A stretch of 32,000 nt of DNA from an uncultured archaeon (GTDB lineage: Archaea > Asgardarchaeota > Thorarchaeia > Thorarchaeales > CAZPUN01), in NCBI GenBank assembly GCA_964589775.1, contig CAZPUN010000039.1:1-32000 (forward strand), written 5' to 3'. The position numbers and the translations under genes were made by a program. Position 1 is the first letter of the stretch. Each line of letters begins with the position of its first letter. The notes below the pieces were generated by a model. The model saw nothing but the letters and a program-made list of their open reading frames with translations, did no database searches and was not told where the DNA came from. Below, piece after piece: positions 27,857 through 32,000 of this stretch.

Positions 27857-30625
27857 ATGAAGATGAGAGTGAAAATGCTATTTTATTCATTTAAGCGTGT
27901 TATGCGAGGGTGGCGTCTTTTTTCAATTTTATTTATAGGAATTGCGATTTCAACATCCTTATTTGCAGGAACAAATATAGCTACTTACCAGATCATGAAC
28001 GGGTTCGTCAATGAGCAGCTCCAAAACATATATGTAGATATGTATGGAACTTCAACTACGAATTTTGCAGACAATACGACTATTAGCCAAATAAAGTCTT
28101 TGAATCATGTCAAATACGTTGAAAATTTTGGTATTGACATGAATATAGAGACGAATATTTCCAGTTTAGCAGGAACTCCGTATTTGGTCGGAATGGAACA
28201 AAGCTCAATTTTGTTCAATGAAATTCGGCTAATAAAAGGGACAAAGACAATTGGTCCAAATGAGACTGTGATACCTGCAGATTCAACCTTTGCGAATAAT
28301 GTAAGTGTAGGAGATACAATATACCTCAATATCACGTGGACTAATCAGACGTCTTCAGAATTGACGTATAGGACATATCCGTTGAAAGTAGTTGGTATTG
28401 TAGCATTAAATTCCACAGTAAAAGACATATTTGAAGGTAATTTTGTATCAAGAGAAGATATATTCAGATTACCAATACCGATATATGAGGAAAAACATGA
28501 TTACATTATAGTTAATTTTGAAACATATAGAAACTACGAAAATGCAAAATTAAACTTGACTCACAGTGAAGATTTTACAAATAGGGTACTAATTTGGGTC
28601 GATAGAACGTATTATGCAACCCCATATACTCTAAGCGAGAGCGTTAGCAAGTTAACTCAATTGAATGATCAAATTGCGGATATATTAGCATCAAAAGAGT
28701 ACATATTAAAAAGTGACCTACTTTATGACCTAAACATTATGGCATTTAGTATTGATTTTATTAAGATACGCATAGTCATAGTAATGCTTCCCATATTTTT
28801 CATGATATGGTATATGGGCACAATACTTAGCGAACTAACATACAATCTAAGACGCAAGGAAATCGGATTATTACTAACCAAAGGATTCGAGGCAAAAAGA
28901 ATTCGAAAGATGTTCCTAACTGAAGCGATAATACTCGGTTTGTTAGCAGGTATAGTAGGTATATTTGCAGGACAATTCATCTCGACACTTATAGATACAA
29001 ACCCAACAATTTTTCCATTTTCAAACATAGGGGTTGATACAATTATTATCACAATAGTTGTAGGAATTCTATTTGGCATCTTTACTGTTTATGGACCTGC
29101 AGGTAGAGCTTCAAAACTAAATGTGATCGATGCACTAAAGCAATACATTTACATTGAAGAGAAAAAACCCTATAGAGAAAAACTGGCTAAAATCGCATTG
29201 CTACTAGGTACCTACAAAATAGTTTCATGGATAACAGGATTTTCAATCATCGAAACCATGCTCAGTATAAACTTTTCAAATATACTTCTGGAGATTGTAT
29301 TCATTATAGTGATACTTATTGATGCTCTGCTGGATTACATAGGTCCAATTTTGTTCTTCTATGGATTTGCGAAAATTTTCATCCAGAAGTCCATGAAGCT
29401 CAATAACAAAATTGAATCGTTTGCCTCACATATTTATGGCGAATTTGGAAAACTAGCATCTAAGAACATCAGCAGAAATACAGCACGAAATGCTTCGATA
29501 GCATTCATCTTAGCACTCATAATTGGCTATTCAGTGAGCTCTACATTATATTCTGCATCGAATCTAGATTTTATGAATCGCTCAATTTATGCAGATGTTG
29601 GAAGCGATGTTCGAGTTAATTTACTGAATCCAAATAATATGTCTTATGCACTTAATAATATATCATGGAATACAAAGGTGATACACATTGCGGGAATATA
29701 TTCAACGCTCATGAGAACTCCGGTCAGTCTAGCTAACGTTCAAATAGTAAATGGTAGCGACTGGGTATCTACGGCATATTATGAGAACAGCTGGTTTTCA
29801 GATAACCCACAAGATTTATTCAGCAAATTGGATTCAAATAGATCAATAATACTTGAAAGAGTTATCGCAAGGAATTTACAACTCAATGTCGGAGACCGTA
29901 TAAATATTCAAATTAACAGAAAGTCGATCAATTTATTGGTCGTTGGATTTTTCGGACCGATTCCACATATGAATAAACTAGAAAACACAAGTTATTATTA
30001 TGCTCAGGATACATGGTCCTTTATTTCCTGGAAGACAATAAGTCAAATATTGGGAAATGATTTCAACATGACCACAGCCTATGTGCTAGTTAAACTAAAC
30101 AAATTGGAGCAATCAGATTCATTTACCGACACGATGAAGAAATATACATCATTTGTACAAAGTATAAAATCTGTTAAAGAACTTAAAGACAATTTGTTGT
30201 CTACTTTTCAATATAGAATTAATATACAAATTTCCGAGCTCGTATTGCTATTCACAATGTTTTTGGCAACTATCGGTACTTTCATTATTATTCAAGTCTC
30301 ACTTGCGGAAAAACGACGCGAAATCGCATTAATCAGTGTTCGCGGACTTTCCATAAAACAAATGGCTCAAATGCTACTCGCAGAAACCTCGATTATATTT
30401 ATTCTATCATTAGCCTTAGGTACATTTGTTGGAACTATTATGGCATATGGCACAATAATTTCGCAATCTGAAATACTTAGTTCATTAGTTGTAGAAAGAA
30501 TGGTATTTGGCCCGGATGTATTAGGAACTATTGGACTTCTTATTGGAGTAATATTATTATGTATGATAGTACCGGTCCTGTTTGTGGCAAGAAAGGGGAC
30601 CAAAGACTTTGAAACATTGAGGTGA
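27857..30625 (+). CDS. MacB/FtsX-family ABC transporter permease, copy 2
   Basis: Colinear paralog of 24025-26790 with the same motifs and identical C-terminus DFETLR. Start is probably ATG 27875. Confidence 0.9.
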   Translation: MKMRVKMLFYSFKRVMRGWRLFSILFIGIAISTSLFAGTNIATYQIMNGFVNEQLQNIYVDMYGTSTTNFADNTTISQIKSLNHVKYVENFGIDMNIETNISSLAGTPYLVGMEQSSILFNEIRLIKGTKTIGPNETVIPADSTFANNVSVGDTIYLNITWTNQTSSELTYRTYPLKVVGIVALNSTVKDIFEGNFVSREDIFRLPIPIYEEKHDYIIVNFETYRNYENAKLNLTHSEDFTNRVLIWVDRTYYATPYTLSESVSKLTQLNDQIADILASKEYILKSDLLYDLNIMAFSIDFIKIRIVIVMLPIFFMIWYMGTILSELTYNLRRKEIGLLLTKGFEAKRIRKMFLTEAIILGLLAGIVGIFAGQFISTLIDTNPTIFPFSNIGVDTIIITIVVGILFGIFTVYGPAGRASKLNVIDALKQYIYIEEKKPYREKLAKIALLLGTYKIVSWITGFSIIETMLSINFSNILLEIVFIIVILIDALLDYIGPILFFYGFAKIFIQKSMKLNNKIESFASHIYGEFGKLASKNISRNTARNASIAFILALIIGYSVSSTLYSASNLDFMNRSIYADVGSDVRVNLLNPNNMSYALNNISWNTKVIHIAGIYSTLMRTPVSLANVQIVNGSDWVSTAYYENSWFSDNPQDLFSKLDSNRSIILERVIARNLQLNVGDRINIQINRKSINLLVVGFFGPIPHMNKLENTSYYYAQDTWSFISWKTISQILGNDFNMTTAYVLVKLNKLEQSDSFTDTMKKYTSFVQSIKSVKELKDNLLSTFQYRINIQISELVLLFTMFLATIGTFIIIQVSLAEKRREIALISVRGLSIKQMAQMLLAETSIIFILSLALGTFVGTIMAYGTIISQSEILSSLVVERMVFGPDVLGTIGLLIGVILLCMIVPVLFVARKGTKDFETLR

Positions 30626-30630
30626 TCTAT

Positions 30631-31521
30631 ATGACATTTATTGAAGCTAAAGACTTGGTAAAAGTATATTCAACAGGAAGTATTGAAGTTCAAGCTCTTA
30701 GAGGTTTGAACATTGAAATTAATGAGGGGCAATTTGTATCTATCATGGGACCTTCCGGAAGTGGCAAAACTACTTTACTAAACATATTAGGGGGCTTAGA
30801 TACTCCAACCGCAGGGCAAGTAATTATACAAGGCGTTTCTATAGGGCAACTATCGTTTAACAATATTGTAAAGTTCCGGAGAGAAGTTGTAGGGCACATA
30901 TTTCAGTCTTTCAATCTCATTCCAACACTAACAGCATATGAGAACGTAGAACTACCCATGATCGCTGCTGGAAAAATCAAACAGGATAGACAAAATAGAG
31001 TAATTGATCTACTAAACATTTTGGGCATTGAAGATAGAGCGAAACACAAGCCGGATGAGCTAAGTGGTGGAGAGCAGCAGCGCGTTGCTATAGCTGCAGC
31101 ATTGGCAAATGATCCACCAATAATCCTTGCGGACGAACCCACAGGAGAACTAGATACAACCAACGCACGAATGATTGTTGAGTACCTAAATAAGATCAAC
31201 AAGGAGATGGAAAAAACTATCATTATGGTAACTCATGATCCTTCTGTAGCTCGAAGAACGCAAAAAATTTTCAGAATCGAAGACGGCAGAATTATTGCGG
31301 CGGTAAGACCTTCCGAACTAAAAGAGGAAACTTCTGCAAAATCCTACGGAGAACAAATCAGGTTGCGAATCGAAGCTCTCGATGAGGAGCTCAGGGAACT
31401 TGATGAAGAGTTCAAGTCTGGAAAGATCAATGGAGACCAATATTCAGAGCATAGACTAAGAATTAATAAGATTAAGGAAGCTCTTGTAGAAGAACTACAC
31501 AGAATGGGTGAGTCATTATAA
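30631..31521 (+). CDS. LolD/MacB-type ABC ATP-binding protein, copy 2
   Basis: Near-identical to copy 1 with the same Walker A/B and signature motifs; ATG 30631 follows GAGGTGA. Confidence 0.95.
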   Translation: MTFIEAKDLVKVYSTGSIEVQALRGLNIEINEGQFVSIMGPSGSGKTTLLNILGGLDTPTAGQVIIQGVSIGQLSFNNIVKFRREVVGHIFQSFNLIPTLTAYENVELPMIAAGKIKQDRQNRVIDLLNILGIEDRAKHKPDELSGGEQQRVAIAAALANDPPIILADEPTGELDTTNARMIVEYLNKINKEMEKTIIMVTHDPSVARRTQKIFRIEDGRIIAAVRPSELKEETSAKSYGEQIRLRIEALDEELRELDEEFKSGKINGDQYSEHRLRINKIKEALVEELHRMGESL

Positions 31522-31689
31522 GACCCGTTCTCCATTATTTTTTGTTTAGGTTATGTATTAGAGTCTAACGTTCATATTAGCACGAGGTTTATTACTTGTA
31601 TAAATAATAAGGAAATCCCGTCTAATGTTTTTGCCTAATTAATTATTTAAATTAGGTGTTAAATTTATTTCACAATCGAGGTGTGATAA

Positions 31690-32000
31690 TTGGATCCTAT
31701 TTTACTCTGGGCCATCATTTTTATCTCTGTTGCAGTAATGCTGTACGTATCTCGAAAGAATATTTGGATTGCACTTTTTACGGGCGGTCTAATCTTGTTA
31801 ATTCCCGTAATTTTAGAAACACCGGCTGAAATCCCAAATATCATTTATAAGACTTTTCTGGATGCTTATATTTTTATTTTAGCAATTGCAGTTGGTCTAA
31901 TTGCGCTCATAGGAGGCTTACTTGAAATTGGAGGGCAGATGTCTCAGCTTGTCGATAATTTACCATTACGTAGAAGAACCACGTTGGCTTTATCACCGGC
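31690..32000 (+). CDS. Partial membrane protein, DUF401-like (runs off the window)
   Basis: TTG after GAGGTG; open to the edge: MDPILLWAIIFISVAVMLYVSRKNIWIALFTGGLILL...IGGLLEIGGQMSQLVDNL...LALSP. Several hydrophobic helices; absent from the ORF track. Confidence 0.7.
   Translation, partial: MDPILLWAIIFISVAVMLYVSRKNIWIALFTGGLILLIPVILETPAEIPNIIYKTFLDAYIFILAIAVGLIALIGGLLEIGGQMSQLVDNLPLRRRTTLALSP

Larger units (their letters stand above)
24046..31521 (+). repeat. Tandem duplication of a permease + ATPase unit, period 3835 bp
   Basis: Identical tracts at a constant offset of 3835: 25501/29336, 26461/30296, 26800-26885/30635-30720, 27063-27140/30898-30975. Confidence 0.92.

Overview
AT-rich archaeal window, most likely from an Asgard archaeon. 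This is inferred from a two-domain gelsolin, a eukaryote-like topoisomerase IB and a V4R-like protein. Positions 183-17180 form a CRISPR-Cas island with two co-oriented type III effector operons and one cas6; no cas1/cas2/cas4 and no CRISPR array are visible in the window. Operon 1 (183-10685) is archaeal type III-D-like: cas6, an orphan ORF, Cas10 (HD + GGDD), four Cas7-group RAMPs, a Csx10/Cas5-like subunit and two Cas11-like proteins. It ends in a translationally coupled pair: a frameshifted CARF-only gene (9209-9675, only half of it in the ORF track) and an intact PIN nuclease. Operon 2 (11006-17180) is type III-B cmr1-6 with an HD-less, GGDD-intact Cmr2 and a Csx20-like ring nuclease gene between cmr3 and cmr4. 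Both Cas10s look able to make cyclic oligoadenylate but no Csx1/Csm6 is present, so the split CARF + PIN module is the best candidate for a poorly described effector system. The rest encodes an SDR, a V4R-like protein, thioredoxin, a hypothetical protein, a membrane-anchored SGNH-like protein, gelsolin, TopIB, a 3835-bp tandem duplication of a MacB/FtsX-type ABC transporter pair and a partial DUF401-like membrane protein. All family calls come from reading motifs by eye; no searches were run.
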